Shown in pieces: positions 18,380 to 27,834 of a stretch of 64,000 nucleotides of DNA. A program made the position numbers and the translations under genes. A model generated the notes under the pieces. That model was not told where the DNA came from. It ran no database searches and saw only the letters and a list, made by a program, of their open reading frames with translations. How positions within the stretch are numbered: the stretch's first letter is position 1; every line of letters starts with the position of its first letter. The DNA is from Candidatus Nanohalobium sp. (GTDB lineage Archaea; Nanohalarchaeota; Nanosalinia; Nanosalinales; Nanosalinaceae): assembly GCA_042217555.1 (NCBI GenBank), contig JBDGSL010000002.1, forward strand, positions 64,001-128,000, given 5' to 3'.

Positions 18380-21226
18380 ATGGAGCTCAACAAAGTATCC
18401 GAAAACATCTACGAAATACCTCAAAAAGGAGATATGAACAAGCCAGGAAGGGTTTACGCAAACGAAGAACTCCTGGAAGAAATCAAACAGGACGACACAC
18501 TACAACAAGTCAAAAACATGGCTACACTGCCCGGACTGGAAAAATACTCAATCGTCATGCCAGACGGCCACCAGGGCTACGGATTCCCCATCGGGGGAGT
18601 CGCAGCAGTAAACAAGGAAAACGGAGTTATAAGCCCGGGAGGAATCGGCTACGATATAAATTGCTTAACGGAAGATTCGGAAGTTTTACTGGATAATGGG
18701 AGGCGAAAAAGCATTTCAGAACTTAAAGACAGTTTTGATGGTGAGAAAGCAGTGGTAGCTGCGGATAAAACAGTTAAGTCAGATATAATGCTGTTTACAG
18801 AGAATGAGGATAAGAAAGTATTTGAAGTGGAGACTGAGACAGGAGAAACTATCGAGGCTACTGCTGATCATCCTTTTATGACTGAAGAAGGAATGGTTGA
18901 ACTGGAAGATCTCTCTGAAGGATCACAAATCTTCGTCCGTCCCTTTAAAGGCGTCCAAGATTCTGAACCTGAAGAGTTCACTATCTTAGATGAAGAAGAT
19001 TTCCAAGACGAAAACCACCAACTGGTGGCGGCACTAAAGGAAAGGAATCTACTTCCATTGAAATCAACTGATGAAAAACTAAATACTTTGCTCAAACTAG
19101 TCGGATTCCATACGGGCGACGGGTCTTTCAACAACCACGGTGAGACAACTTTCTATGCTGAAAAAGAAGACTTAGAAGTAATTCAGAAAGATATAAAGAG
19201 ACTAGGTTTCAAGCCTTCAAAGATTTACTTCAGAGACAGAGACCACTCGGTTAAAGACCACGAGTTTTCAAGAACAGAACATTCAGTGAAGTCAACTTCT
19301 AGAGCCTTTCAGAAGCTTATGATTAAACTCGGGGCGCCTAAAGGAAGGAAGACGCAGCAAGAGTTTACTACTCCAAACTATCTGCAAAGACTGGAGAAAT
19401 GGCAGAAAGCGCTCTACCTATCAGCCTTCTTTGGAGCAGAAATGAGTTCTCCTTCAGCGAGCCAACGGAAAAACCTTTACTGTCCGAAAATCTCTCAGAA
19501 CAAGTCGATTGAAGCACAGGATTCGGGTAGAAAGTTCATGAAGGAAGTAAAGGAGATGCTGAATGAACTTGATATCAAAACCAATAGCATGGAAGAGTTT
19601 GAGACAGAGGAAAATAGCTACGGAAAAGTCAAAAGATTCAGACTGGGCATCAAAAATGATTCTGAGAATCTGCTTAACTTCTTCCAGAAGATAGGGTATA
19701 GATATAATTTGGAGAAGAGTAAGAAGTCTATCAAAGCCGTTCAGTATCTCAAAAAGAAGCATAAAGCAATCCAGCGAAGAGAAAAGATAGCACAAGAGAG
19801 TATAGAACTCTATGAGTCCGGAGAACAACCCAAGAAAATCAAGCAAAAATTCGATATCAATGAAAGGTTCATAGAAAGAAGCATCTACAGCGGGCGAAAA
19901 ACTGTTTCTAGGCCTCCAAAAAGTTTCCCGGATTATGACGAATACGTCAAACAGATAGGAGTTCACGACAATCTAGCTGTCAAGACATCAATCAAAAGCA
20001 TCGAAGAAAAAGGAAGGGAAACTGTCTACGACATAGGAGTAAAACACGAAGCACACAACTTCATAGCAAACCAATTTATTGTATCTAACTGCGGCGTACG
20101 TGTCCTAAAAACAGATTTAAGCTATGAAGAGATAAGAGGAAAGGAGCAACAGCTCGCAAATATACTATTCAATAAGGTACCGTGTGGTCTTGGGAAAGGA
20201 GGGTATATCGACCTTGAAGAAGAGGAACTGGACGAGATACTGGATAAGGGCATGGAATGGATGCTGGAGAACGGCCATGCAACGGAAGAAGACCTGAAGC
20301 ACTGCGAGGAGAACGGAAGACTGGAATGTGACGCTTCCAAGGTTCCTGAAGACGCCAAAAAGAGAGGGATTAAACAGGTAGGCTCTCTAGGTTCAGGAAA
20401 TCACTTCCTGGAAGTGCAGAGAGTGGAAAACGTGTTTAACGAGGAGAAAGCAGAGGCCTATGGCCTGGAAGAAGGCCAGATCCTAGTCATGATCCACTCT
20501 GGCTCCCGTGGACTCGGACATCAGACATGTACAGAGTACCTGAGAAAGTTCGAGAAAAACTACCCGGAGATAGTAGAGTCTCTTCCGGAAAAAGAACTTA
20601 TCTACGCACCGCTCGGCGACGAACTCGCACAGGACTACAAGAACGCGATGTTCGCAGCAGCAAACTATGCCTGGGCCAATCGACAGGGCATAACTGAAGC
20701 GGTCAGAGAAAGCCTGGACACACTGTTCGGCGATACTGAAACAGAGCTGGTCTACGACGTCTGCCATAACATCGCCAAGGAAGAAAAGCATGAAGTCGAC
20801 GGAGAAGAGAAAGAATTGCTGGTTCATCGAAAAGGAGCGACCAGAGCCATGCCTTCGGGACGACCAGAAGTACCGGAAGCATACAGCGAGGCAGGGCAAC
20901 CAGTACTACTTCCTGGAAGCATGGGAACCAGCAGCTACATACTCTCAGGCGGACAAAACTCACTGGAACTATCCTTCGGCTCAACTGCTCACGGCGCAGG
21001 ACGGCTCAAATCAAGGACACAGTCCAAAAAAGACTACAGGGCAGCCGACGTACAGAGAGAACTCAAAAGAGACCAGATCTTCGTCAAAGCAGCCTCGGGA
21101 GAAACCATAGAAGAAGAAGCGCCCGGCAGCTACAAAGACGTCGACGAAGTAATCAAAGTCTCAGACGAACTTGGAATTGGGGAGAAAGTAGTCCAGATGA
21201 AGCCGATAGTGAATGTTAAGGGCTGA
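18380..21226 (+). CDS. rtcB: RNA-splicing ligase RtcB containing an intein
   Basis: MPDGHQGYGFPIGG, GYDIN/CGVR, GSLGSGNHF, HSGSRG, HRKGAT and HGAGR motifs. Confidence 0.97.
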   Translation: MELNKVSENIYEIPQKGDMNKPGRVYANEELLEEIKQDDTLQQVKNMATLPGLEKYSIVMPDGHQGYGFPIGGVAAVNKENGVISPGGIGYDINCLTEDSEVLLDNGRRKSISELKDSFDGEKAVVAADKTVKSDIMLFTENEDKKVFEVETETGETIEATADHPFMTEEGMVELEDLSEGSQIFVRPFKGVQDSEPEEFTILDEEDFQDENHQLVAALKERNLLPLKSTDEKLNTLLKLVGFHTGDGSFNNHGETTFYAEKEDLEVIQKDIKRLGFKPSKIYFRDRDHSVKDHEFSRTEHSVKSTSRAFQKLMIKLGAPKGRKTQQEFTTPNYLQRLEKWQKALYLSAFFGAEMSSPSASQRKNLYCPKISQNKSIEAQDSGRKFMKEVKEMLNELDIKTNSMEEFETEENSYGKVKRFRLGIKNDSENLLNFFQKIGYRYNLEKSKKSIKAVQYLKKKHKAIQRREKIAQESIELYESGEQPKKIKQKFDINERFIERSIYSGRKTVSRPPKSFPDYDEYVKQIGVHDNLAVKTSIKSIEEKGRETVYDIGVKHEAHNFIANQFIVSNCGVRVLKTDLSYEEIRGKEQQLANILFNKVPCGLGKGGYIDLEEEELDEILDKGMEWMLENGHATEEDLKHCEENGRLECDASKVPEDAKKRGIKQVGSLGSGNHFLEVQRVENVFNEEKAEAYGLEEGQILVMIHSGSRGLGHQTCTEYLRKFEKNYPEIVESLPEKELIYAPLGDELAQDYKNAMFAAANYAWANRQGITEAVRESLDTLFGDTETELVYDVCHNIAKEEKHEVDGEEKELLVHRKGATRAMPSGRPEVPEAYSEAGQPVLLPGSMGTSSYILSGGQNSLELSFGSTAHGAGRLKSRTQSKKDYRAADVQRELKRDQIFVKAASGETIEEEAPGSYKDVDEVIKVSDELGIGEKVVQMKPIVNVKG
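18662..20089 (+). mobile_element. 476-aa intein with LAGLIDADG-type homing endonuclease in RtcB
   Basis: Starts CLTEDS after GYDIN; ATADHPF block B; LVGFHTGDGS and YLSAFFGAE endonuclease blocks; ends HNFIANQFIVSN before the +1 Cys of CGVR. Confidence 0.93.
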
Positions 21227-21282
21227 AGGCAAAGTAATAAACATCTGGAAGTTTTTTACTCTTGGAAGATTAATTCTACTGT

Positions 21283-21399
21283 ATGTCCAACATTGACAAT
21301 CCTCTCCAGAATCTGAAGAAATTGAGGAGTGAAATTACTTTTTCCTCAGAAGAAATTAATCGTATGATTGAAAATTCAAAGAAGGATTGGGGCAGGTAA
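21283..21399 (+). CDS. 38-aa ORF, possible antitoxin or remnant
   Basis: MSNIDNPLQNLKKLRSEITFSSEEINRMIENSKKDWGR resembles the C-terminus of archaeal VapB-type antitoxins; no partner toxin follows. Confidence 0.3.
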   Translation: MSNIDNPLQNLKKLRSEITFSSEEINRMIENSKKDWGR

Positions 21400-21629
21400 A
21401 TCAGTGTTAGAATTTATGATTTGGGGTAGATAACAGCTGTACAGAATATACTTCATTAATACGCCTTTCAAGGAGAGTAGGACAAATAGCAATTTGTTTC
21501 AGCAGTTTCCGATGGCTTTATGAGGAAACTGAGCTTGTAGAAAATGAATTGGGTCTCTGAAACTATTATGATCTTCAGATTCTCTATCAGTAATTTCACA
21601 TTACTATAATGAGATTAACGGAAATTGGT

Positions 21630-21733
21630 CGAAAATCGTATACAATCAATCTATAACTCAATCTAAACTTGAGAGACTGAATATCATGAGGGGTGAGGAT
21701 TGGACGGTTAGTGGTTGTAAGTTGACAGGGTAG
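21630..21733 (+). pseudogene. 3' remnant of a pilin-LamG gene
   Basis: Reads VYNQSITQSKLERLNIMRGEDWTVSGCKLTG*, homologous to VYNNSISESAIKNLDSIKSEKVAVSGCKLTG* of 23431-24804. Confidence 0.75.
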
Positions 21734-21777
21734 TGGGAAAGGTTAGTTTTTAGAAAATTGAATTATAACAAGGTAAC

Positions 21778-21972
21778 ATGGCTACTGATACTTTGAGTGA
21801 TAGAATCTCGAATATTGAGATGGAGTTGGAGGCTGTGAAGCGGAAGATTTCTGGCAATAGGAAACGCTTCTTGGAATCTGCTGGTTCTTGGAGTGATTTT
21901 GATGCGGAAGAGTTCAAAGAAAGAGTTAGGAAGGAAAGAAACAGGTCTGTAAGCGACAAGGTTGAGCTTTAA
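21778..21972 (+). CDS. Putative antitoxin (VapB-like)
   Basis: 64 aa; FLESAGSWSDFDAEEFKERVRKER; directly upstream of a PIN toxin. Confidence 0.75.
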   Translation: MATDTLSDRISNIEMELEAVKRKISGNRKRFLESAGSWSDFDAEEFKERVRKERNRSVSDKVEL

Positions 21973-22359
21973 ATGGGTTATTTGATTGATACTGATTGGG
22001 CTGTAGATTACCTGAAAGGAGTCGATGAAAAAGTAAAGTTCCTTCAGAGTCATGAAGAACTTTACATCTCCACATTAACAGTTGGAGAGCTTGTCGAAGG
22101 GATCGAAGACTCTAGCAGTAGAGAACAGAGAATGAATAGTCTGGAAGACTTTCTATCAGGAATAACGGTTTTAGCATTTACAAAACAGATTGGAGTAGAG
22201 TTCGGAAAGATTAGAAACAAACTACGGAAAGAAGGCGAAATGATTGGTGATATAGACACCATGATAGGGGCGACAGGAAAGACACATGACCTTGAAATAC
22301 TGACCGACAACAAACAACACTTCCAGAAAATAAACGGAATCCAAATACACGAAGAATGA
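21973..22359 (+). CDS. vapC: PIN-domain toxin VapC
   Basis: YLIDTD...STLTVGEL...IGDIDTMIGAT...LTDNKQHF. Confidence 0.9.
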   Translation: MGYLIDTDWAVDYLKGVDEKVKFLQSHEELYISTLTVGELVEGIEDSSSREQRMNSLEDFLSGITVLAFTKQIGVEFGKIRNKLRKEGEMIGDIDTMIGATGKTHDLEILTDNKQHFQKINGIQIHEE

Positions 22360-22673
22360 CATATTTTGAATACCACGAAGAAGACGACATAGCAGTATTT
22401 GAGTGTGGCGACTACGATAATTATGAGAGAAGTATTGATATCGCTAACTTCGTGGTAGATTTATCTCAAAGTGAAGAATTTCTTGGTCTAGAGGTAATTG
22501 GGGCGAGTGAAAGACTACCTCTCACGAAGAAACAGTTATCTCAGATCGAAGAAGTAAAGATAAACGTTCAGAAAGATGAAGGAAGCAAAATGATAACCAT
22601 AGTAATGAAGCAAGGTAAGGAGAAAACTTCCCTAAATCTGCCTGTTACGGGTTTGATGAGCCAACCTGCTTAG
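22356..22673 (+). CDS. DUF2283-like protein
   Basis: FEYHEEDDI...FVVDLSQSEEFLGLEVIGAS. Confidence 0.7.
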   Translation: MTYFEYHEEDDIAVFECGDYDNYERSIDIANFVVDLSQSEEFLGLEVIGASERLPLTKKQLSQIEEVKINVQKDEGSKMITIVMKQGKEKTSLNLPVTGLMSQPA

Positions 22674-22806
22674 AACTTTTCAGTTTAGGTATTCTACCTG
22701 AGTGCAGTGACTGTATCCGAAGAATTAATTTCGATAGAACTTCAGACTAAGTTCGAATGCCTCAGCCTCAGCCTATTTTTCTCCAAAGACGTTCAAGGCC
22801 TCTAAG

Positions 22807-22990
22807 AAGTTCGAAGTGAGGATTGGGCGGTTAGTGGTTGTAAGTTGACAGGATAGAGAAAGATTTTTTGTAGTTGCTGCCGTCAAATTGAGGTATGAGT
22901 GATGAGTTTTTCAGTAAAATTGTTTTGGATGAAGATGTTCGGATTCAGATAGGATATAAGCTGGAAGGTTCCGAGATATTGAAGAAGTAG
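22807..22990 (+). pseudogene. Second pilin-LamG tail remnant followed by a truncated DUF5615 PIN paralogue
   Basis: EVRSEDWAVSGCKLTG* ends 22856; MSDEFFSKIVLDEDV (22895-22990) matches MASDEFFDSLILDENV at 24841; the intergenic DNA is also similar. Confidence 0.75.
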
Positions 22991-23017
22991 AGACAGAGAT
23001 AGTCTGATTATTACAAG

Positions 23018-23281
23018 CTAGCTACTTCTCTCCTCAGCTTCTTCCAGCATTTTTCTTCCGTAGTCTGTTATTTGGTAGAATCTCCATTTTCTGTCTTCCG
23101 GATTCACTACGTTAACCATTTCTCGCTCTTTCAGTTCACCGAGCTTCGTGCTTACATTCGACTTGTCGATTTCTGTTTCTTCTGCTATCTGGACTGGGGC
23201 CATAGGTTCATCCAGCAATGCGTTCAAAATTTTTCTTCGGAGAGGGCTCCGCAACAAAAAACTCAAATCTTCCCAATCCAT
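23018..23281 (-). CDS. ArsR/MarR-type winged-HTH regulator
   Basis: RRKILNAL...PVQIAEETEIDKSNVSTKLGELKE...RFYQITDYG; divergent from the pilin gene. Confidence 0.85.
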   Translation of the reverse strand: MDWEDLSFLLRSPLRRKILNALLDEPMAPVQIAEETEIDKSNVSTKLGELKEREMVNVVNPEDRKWRFYQITDYGRKMLEEAEERSS

Positions 23282-23430
23282 CAGTCAAGAATTAGACATC
23301 TACCCAACACATGCATTGCAGTAAGCTCAAAGGTAAGTTATACATACGCTTTAAAAATAAGGCTGGTTTTACAACAAACTGTGAACGCCAAAATCCGCCA
23401 ACAATTTAAGCCAAAAAAAAAGAACAAGTT

Positions 23431-24804
23431 ATGGTGTCTTGGAAGGGACAGTCGGCAATCGAGTATCTGACTACCTACGGCTGGATGTTGCTGGTTATCG
23501 CTATTGTCGGAGGCAGTATTTTTACGACTGTTATGGGTTCTACCGGCATCCAAAGTGTCTCCGGTTTAACTAATGCTGATGTTCGGGTCTCAGACTTTGG
23601 GCTGAATCAAAATGGGTTACAACTGAGCTTGAGGAGTGCTGCAGTAGAACAAGTAGAAATACAGAAAGTAACAATAACCGACCCAAGAACAGGAATATCA
23701 GCTGACATACAAGTCTCCAAAACAGTTCCAATAGGTGAAACAACAACCGTTAATTTACAAGATGTTCAAACCACAGATACTTCCGACACTTATGACTTGG
23801 ATATAACCTACAACACTGGCAGTTTGAATGGGTTAGTAGCAGAAGGTAAAATAACAGGAAACTTCGGAGTATTCAACCGGATTTCACTGGAAAACGCCAA
23901 ATTCAACCGTTCCACCAACACACTACAGATAGATGTGAAGAATACGGGTGACAACACAACAAACTCAATTTCTTACACTGTTGAAGCCAACAATACTGAC
24001 TACACAGGCAGTTTACCCAACCTAGACGCAGGAGAAACCAGTCAGATAAACATTACAACAGACAGAACATACCCGCTACAATCAGTCTCTCTAAATACAG
24101 AAGGAACACAGTTCGTCGACTCCAGTTCAGGGCTCAAATGCACACCAACAAAAGGACTAGTCGGATACTGGACATTCAACCAAGAACAAACCCAGAATGG
24201 TTGGTTAGAGGACTTGTCAGATTTAGGTGTTAACGGAAGTTTAAATGGAAATCCTGAATTAGTCGAAGGAGAAGTTGGAGAGGCATATAATTTTGATGGA
24301 AGTGATGATTTCTTGGATAATTTTAACTCTGTAGAGGCTCATAAGTGGGGAGGAGAGGATGAATGGGCAATATATACTAAAGCAGAATTTGAATCAACTG
24401 GTTCTAATGAAAGATTAATTGACTTCGGAGGCTACCAAATAGAAATATGGATTAGAAATGGAGATATTAAAGGAGGTTATTATAATGATGCCGGTAATTG
24501 GAAATGGACAACCACTTCCAGTTCAAAGAAAGGACTTATAGATTTAGTTTATTGGAGAAAGGGAGACACTCAAAGACTGTATATTGATGGAGAGAAAGTA
24601 GCAGAAAGTAGTTATACCTCGACTCCGAACACTTCCCGAGACGGAGGGCTAAAGCGTATAGGTATGCAGAATAATGATTATTGGACTGGGAAAGTAGACG
24701 AAATCAGGGTTTACAACAATTCCATTAGTGAAAGTGCCATCAAAAACTTAGACTCTATAAAAAGCGAGAAAGTAGCAGTTAGTGGTTGCAAGTTGACAGG
24801 GTAG
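23431..24804 (+). CDS. Type IV pilin fused to an Ig/CARDB-like domain and a LamG domain
   Basis: WKGQSAIEYLTTYGW class III signal; IDVKNTG...LDAGETSQI; GLVGYWTF...GKVDEIRVYN. Confidence 0.88.
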   Translation: MVSWKGQSAIEYLTTYGWMLLVIAIVGGSIFTTVMGSTGIQSVSGLTNADVRVSDFGLNQNGLQLSLRSAAVEQVEIQKVTITDPRTGISADIQVSKTVPIGETTTVNLQDVQTTDTSDTYDLDITYNTGSLNGLVAEGKITGNFGVFNRISLENAKFNRSTNTLQIDVKNTGDNTTNSISYTVEANNTDYTGSLPNLDAGETSQINITTDRTYPLQSVSLNTEGTQFVDSSSGLKCTPTKGLVGYWTFNQEQTQNGWLEDLSDLGVNGSLNGNPELVEGEVGEAYNFDGSDDFLDNFNSVEAHKWGGEDEWAIYTKAEFESTGSNERLIDFGGYQIEIWIRNGDIKGGYYNDAGNWKWTTTSSSKKGLIDLVYWRKGDTQRLYIDGEKVAESSYTSTPNTSRDGGLKRIGMQNNDYWTGKVDEIRVYNNSISESAIKNLDSIKSEKVAVSGCKLTG

Positions 24805-24840
24805 GAAGGATTTTTGTAGTTGCTGTTCTCAAGTTTTAGC

Positions 24841-25200
24841 ATGGCGAGTGATGAGTTTTTCGATAGTTTGATTTTGGATGAGAATGTTGATTATTTGGTT
24901 GAGAAGAAGCTGGAGAACAACGGTTTTGAGTGTATCCGCTTCTTAGAAGGTGCTGAGGACAGGGATTTGATGGATTTCTGTATCGAGAAGGAGTTGCCTT
25001 TACTGACTGAGGATGATGATTTCAAGACAGATATTATTACGATAGAACATTCAGGTATCTTGTTTGACCGTTACCTGTCGAGAAGAGATACTGACATGGT
25101 TGTTGATACTTTGGAAGAAGTTCTCTCAACTTATAACAAGGAAACTTTAAGCAACGAAATATGGCATTTATCCGACTTTTATGGCAGAGATAGTTTTTAA
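24841..25200 (+). CDS. DUF5615/VapC45-like PIN protein
   Basis: LILDENV...GAEDRDL...LLTEDDDF...HSGIL. Confidence 0.8.
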   Translation: MASDEFFDSLILDENVDYLVEKKLENNGFECIRFLEGAEDRDLMDFCIEKELPLLTEDDDFKTDIITIEHSGILFDRYLSRRDTDMVVDTLEEVLSTYNKETLSNEIWHLSDFYGRDSF

Positions 25201-25418
25201 GCGGTGACGCCTGTTTCGTTTTCTTCCTGTTTCTGTCTGTATCGGATTGCTTCTTCTACATCTTCTGTGTCGATTGAAGGGTATCTACTGGCAATTTCTT
25301 CCGGTTCAACTCCATCCTTGTAGAGTCCGTAGAGTGTTCTGACAGGTATCCGTGTGCCTTCGACTCGTGGTTTGCCGTGAAGCGTATCCTCTGTTTTGAC
25401 AATCTTTGACATGAACAA
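25197..25418 (-). CDS. DUF433 antitoxin-like protein
   Basis: TLHGKPRVEGTRIPV...EEIASRYPSIDTEDVEEAIRY. Confidence 0.88.
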   Translation of the reverse strand: MFMSKIVKTEDTLHGKPRVEGTRIPVRTLYGLYKDGVEPEEIASRYPSIDTEDVEEAIRYRQKQEENETGVTA

Positions 25419-25516
25419 GTGAGATTCCTGAATTGTTTTATCAGTTATGGTTGTTGGAAGGGTGTTAGTTCGAAGTCTCTGTATGAGAGGATTCTCCTGA
25501 AGACTATTTCAACCCA

Positions 25517-25706
25517 TTTATAAAGTTTTCTTCCCTTTTCCAGTAATACCCGACACGAGTTTTCTCGGTTGGGACAAGCCGGCTCTTGTGGAGTGGGCCT
25601 CTGGTGATTGAATTCAGCGGCTAGACAAAGTTACGTCGTTGAATTATACTTAAACTGGCTATGCCTCTGACTTCAGTTGGAGGCCTATAGGAGTTGAATC
25701 AACACA
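25517..25706 (+). promoter_or_regulatory. Putative TATA box and ~160-nt structured 5' leader of the L3 operon
   Basis: TTTATAAA at 25517-25524; hairpins CCCGAC..GTTGGG and GCCTCTGACT-TC-AGTTGGAGGC before the GGAG SD. Confidence 0.5.
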
Positions 25707-26678
25707 ATGGCAGACAAGAATAGATCAAGAAGCGGTTCACTGGCGTACAAGCCCAAGACACGGGCTGAAAGAATCTACCCAGACGTAAGTACGTGGGAAG
25801 ACACAGACAAACAAAAACCATTAGGATACGCAGGATACAAGGTCGGAATGACCCGGGTACTGCGAATAGATGATACAGAAGGAGCAACACAGGGACAGGA
25901 AATCGCAACACCTGTAACAATTCTCGAAGCTCCGCCACTGAGAGTTTACGGAGCACGTTTCTACGTTGAAGATATCAACTCTGGAAAACAGGTCTTCACA
26001 GAGGCCTGGACAGAAAGCCCTTCGAAGGAACTCCAGAGAGCAACAGACATCCCGAAAGAAGGAAACATGGACAACCTGGAGAAAGCAAAGGAAAACTCAG
26101 GGAATATTACGGATGTCAAGCTGTTGGTTCACACTCAGCCTTCTCGTGCAGGAATCAGTAAGAAGAAACCTGCCAACTTTGAACTCGGCCTAGGTGGCTC
26201 AGTTGAAGATCAGCTTGAGTACGCAGAAGAGATGATCGGAAAAGAAATCGAGTTCTCGGACGTATTCGAGGAAGGAGAGTACTCGGACGTTATCGGTGTT
26301 ACGAAAGGAAAGGGAATGGAAGGTCCTGTACAGCGTTACGGAATCAAGAAGCTGGACCACAAGACGCAGAAGAAAAGAAGAAAGGCTGGAAACGTCGGTC
26401 CATGGCATCCGGACCAGCTTTCATGGAGAATTCCTCTTCCAGGACAGCAGGGTTACAACAACAGGACAGAGGAAAACAAGAGGATCCTCGCACATGGTGA
26501 AGACCCAGAGGAAGTTCAGAGGGATGGAGGATTCAAGAACTACGGAGAAGTCAAGTCCAACTACATTTTAGTTAAGGGAAGCGTACCAGGACCGGCAGAA
26601 AGACTGGTCCGACTTAGAACAGCACTGAGAAAGGATGAAAAACCAGGAAATCCAGAGATCACGCACATCGAAAAATAA
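25707..26678 (+). CDS. rpl3: 50S ribosomal protein L3 (uL3)
   Basis: RSGSLAYKP, GYAGYKVGMT, GVTKGKG and KGSVPGP. Confidence 0.97.
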   Translation: MADKNRSRSGSLAYKPKTRAERIYPDVSTWEDTDKQKPLGYAGYKVGMTRVLRIDDTEGATQGQEIATPVTILEAPPLRVYGARFYVEDINSGKQVFTEAWTESPSKELQRATDIPKEGNMDNLEKAKENSGNITDVKLLVHTQPSRAGISKKKPANFELGLGGSVEDQLEYAEEMIGKEIEFSDVFEEGEYSDVIGVTKGKGMEGPVQRYGIKKLDHKTQKKRRKAGNVGPWHPDQLSWRIPLPGQQGYNNRTEENKRILAHGEDPEEVQRDGGFKNYGEVKSNYILVKGSVPGPAERLVRLRTALRKDEKPGNPEITHIEK

Positions 26679-26689
26679 GGTGAATTAAA

Positions 26690-27445
26690 ATGGAGCTACC
26701 AAACCAGTTCGACGAGAGGATAAGGCCAGACATCATCAAGAGAGCCAACCTTTCAATCAAGAGCAAGAAAAGACAGGACTACGGGTCAGACCCGGAAGCA
26801 GGACTGCGACACGTAGTATACTGGAAAAAACAGCAAAACGCATACAGAGGGCAGAAAGGAAAGGGAATGTCTCGTACTCCTCGAAAGATCCGTGTCAGAA
26901 GAGGAAGTCAGATCTATGGAGACGGAGCAGAAGCACCGAACACGATCGGTGGCAGAACCGCCCATCCTCCAAAAGCAGAGAAAAACTTTGAAGAAGAGAT
27001 CAACGACAAGGAAAGAAGAAAGGCAATCAGGTCAGCAATCGCAGCAACAGCAGACCGGGAACTTGTCTCAGAGAAACATGAGTATGAAGGAGAAGTCCCG
27101 ATTATCGAGGAAGGAATCTCAGGGATTGAAAAGACACAGGAACTCAAGGAGAAGCTCGAAGACCTTGGACTTGAAGACGAACTTGACAGAGTGTCCGAGA
27201 AGAAAGTTAGAGGAGGTAAAGGAGCCAATCGTGGAAGAAAGTACGTTAGAAAGGTTGGCCCGCTTGTAGTAACAGCGGAAGACGAAGGAATCTCAGATGC
27301 GGCAAGCAACCTGGCAGGTGTAGACCACTCCCAGGTAGATCAGCTGAACGCCGAAAAACTTGCTCCAGGAGCAGAACCAGGAAGACTGGTTGTATGGAGC
27401 AAAAAAGCAGTAGAGAAACTTGAAGAAGACGGTATGTACCAATGA
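26690..27445 (+). CDS. rpl4: 50S ribosomal protein L4 (uL4)
   Basis: RPDII, GGRTAHPPK and LAPGAEPGRL. Confidence 0.97.
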   Translation: MELPNQFDERIRPDIIKRANLSIKSKKRQDYGSDPEAGLRHVVYWKKQQNAYRGQKGKGMSRTPRKIRVRRGSQIYGDGAEAPNTIGGRTAHPPKAEKNFEEEINDKERRKAIRSAIAATADRELVSEKHEYEGEVPIIEEGISGIEKTQELKEKLEDLGLEDELDRVSEKKVRGGKGANRGRKYVRKVGPLVVTAEDEGISDAASNLAGVDHSQVDQLNAEKLAPGAEPGRLVVWSKKAVEKLEEDGMYQ

Positions 27446-27501
27446 AAACGAAAACACAAGGTTTTCTAAGATTCAGCAACACGCGAGGTGTAACTGAATA
27501 A
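27442..27501 (+). CDS. Intergenic micro-ORF L4/L23, 19 aa MKTKTQGFLRFSNTRGVTE
   Basis: ATGA overlap with the L4 stop; TAATG overlap with the L23 start. Confidence 0.6.
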   Translation: MKTKTQGFLRFSNTRGVTE

Positions 27502-27770
27502 TGGAAGTTGACAGAGCATGGGAAGTTATCGAAAATCCACACATGACAGAACAGGCGATGGACATGATCGACGAAGAAAACAAACTCGTCCTCATGGTGG
27601 ATCTGGAAGCAGACAAAGGCCAGGTAGAGGACGCAGTAGAGACTCTGTTCGATGTGGATGTTGAGAAGGTCAATACTAACATCACGTCTTCCGCAAAGAA
27701 AAAAGCATACGTAAGACTAAGTCCAAGTGACAGCGCGATGGACGTCGCGACTGAGCTTGGCATGATGTGA
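27501..27770 (+). CDS. rpl23: 50S ribosomal protein L23 (uL23)
   Basis: PHMTE...ENKL...KVNT...KKAYVRL. Confidence 0.96.
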   Translation: MEVDRAWEVIENPHMTEQAMDMIDEENKLVLMVDLEADKGQVEDAVETLFDVDVEKVNTNITSSAKKKAYVRLSPSDSAMDVATELGMM

Positions 27771-27780
27771 GGTAGGTAAT

Positions 27781-27834
27781 ATGACTAAAATCGAAGATTT
27801 TATGGGTTACCAGAAACTCGGTGAGTTTCGATAA
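27781..27834 (+). CDS. Intergenic micro-ORF L23/L2, 17 aa MTKIEDFMGYQKLGEFR
   Basis: Own SD (GAGGTAGGT); TAATG overlap with the L2 start. Confidence 0.6.
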   Translation: MTKIEDFMGYQKLGEFR

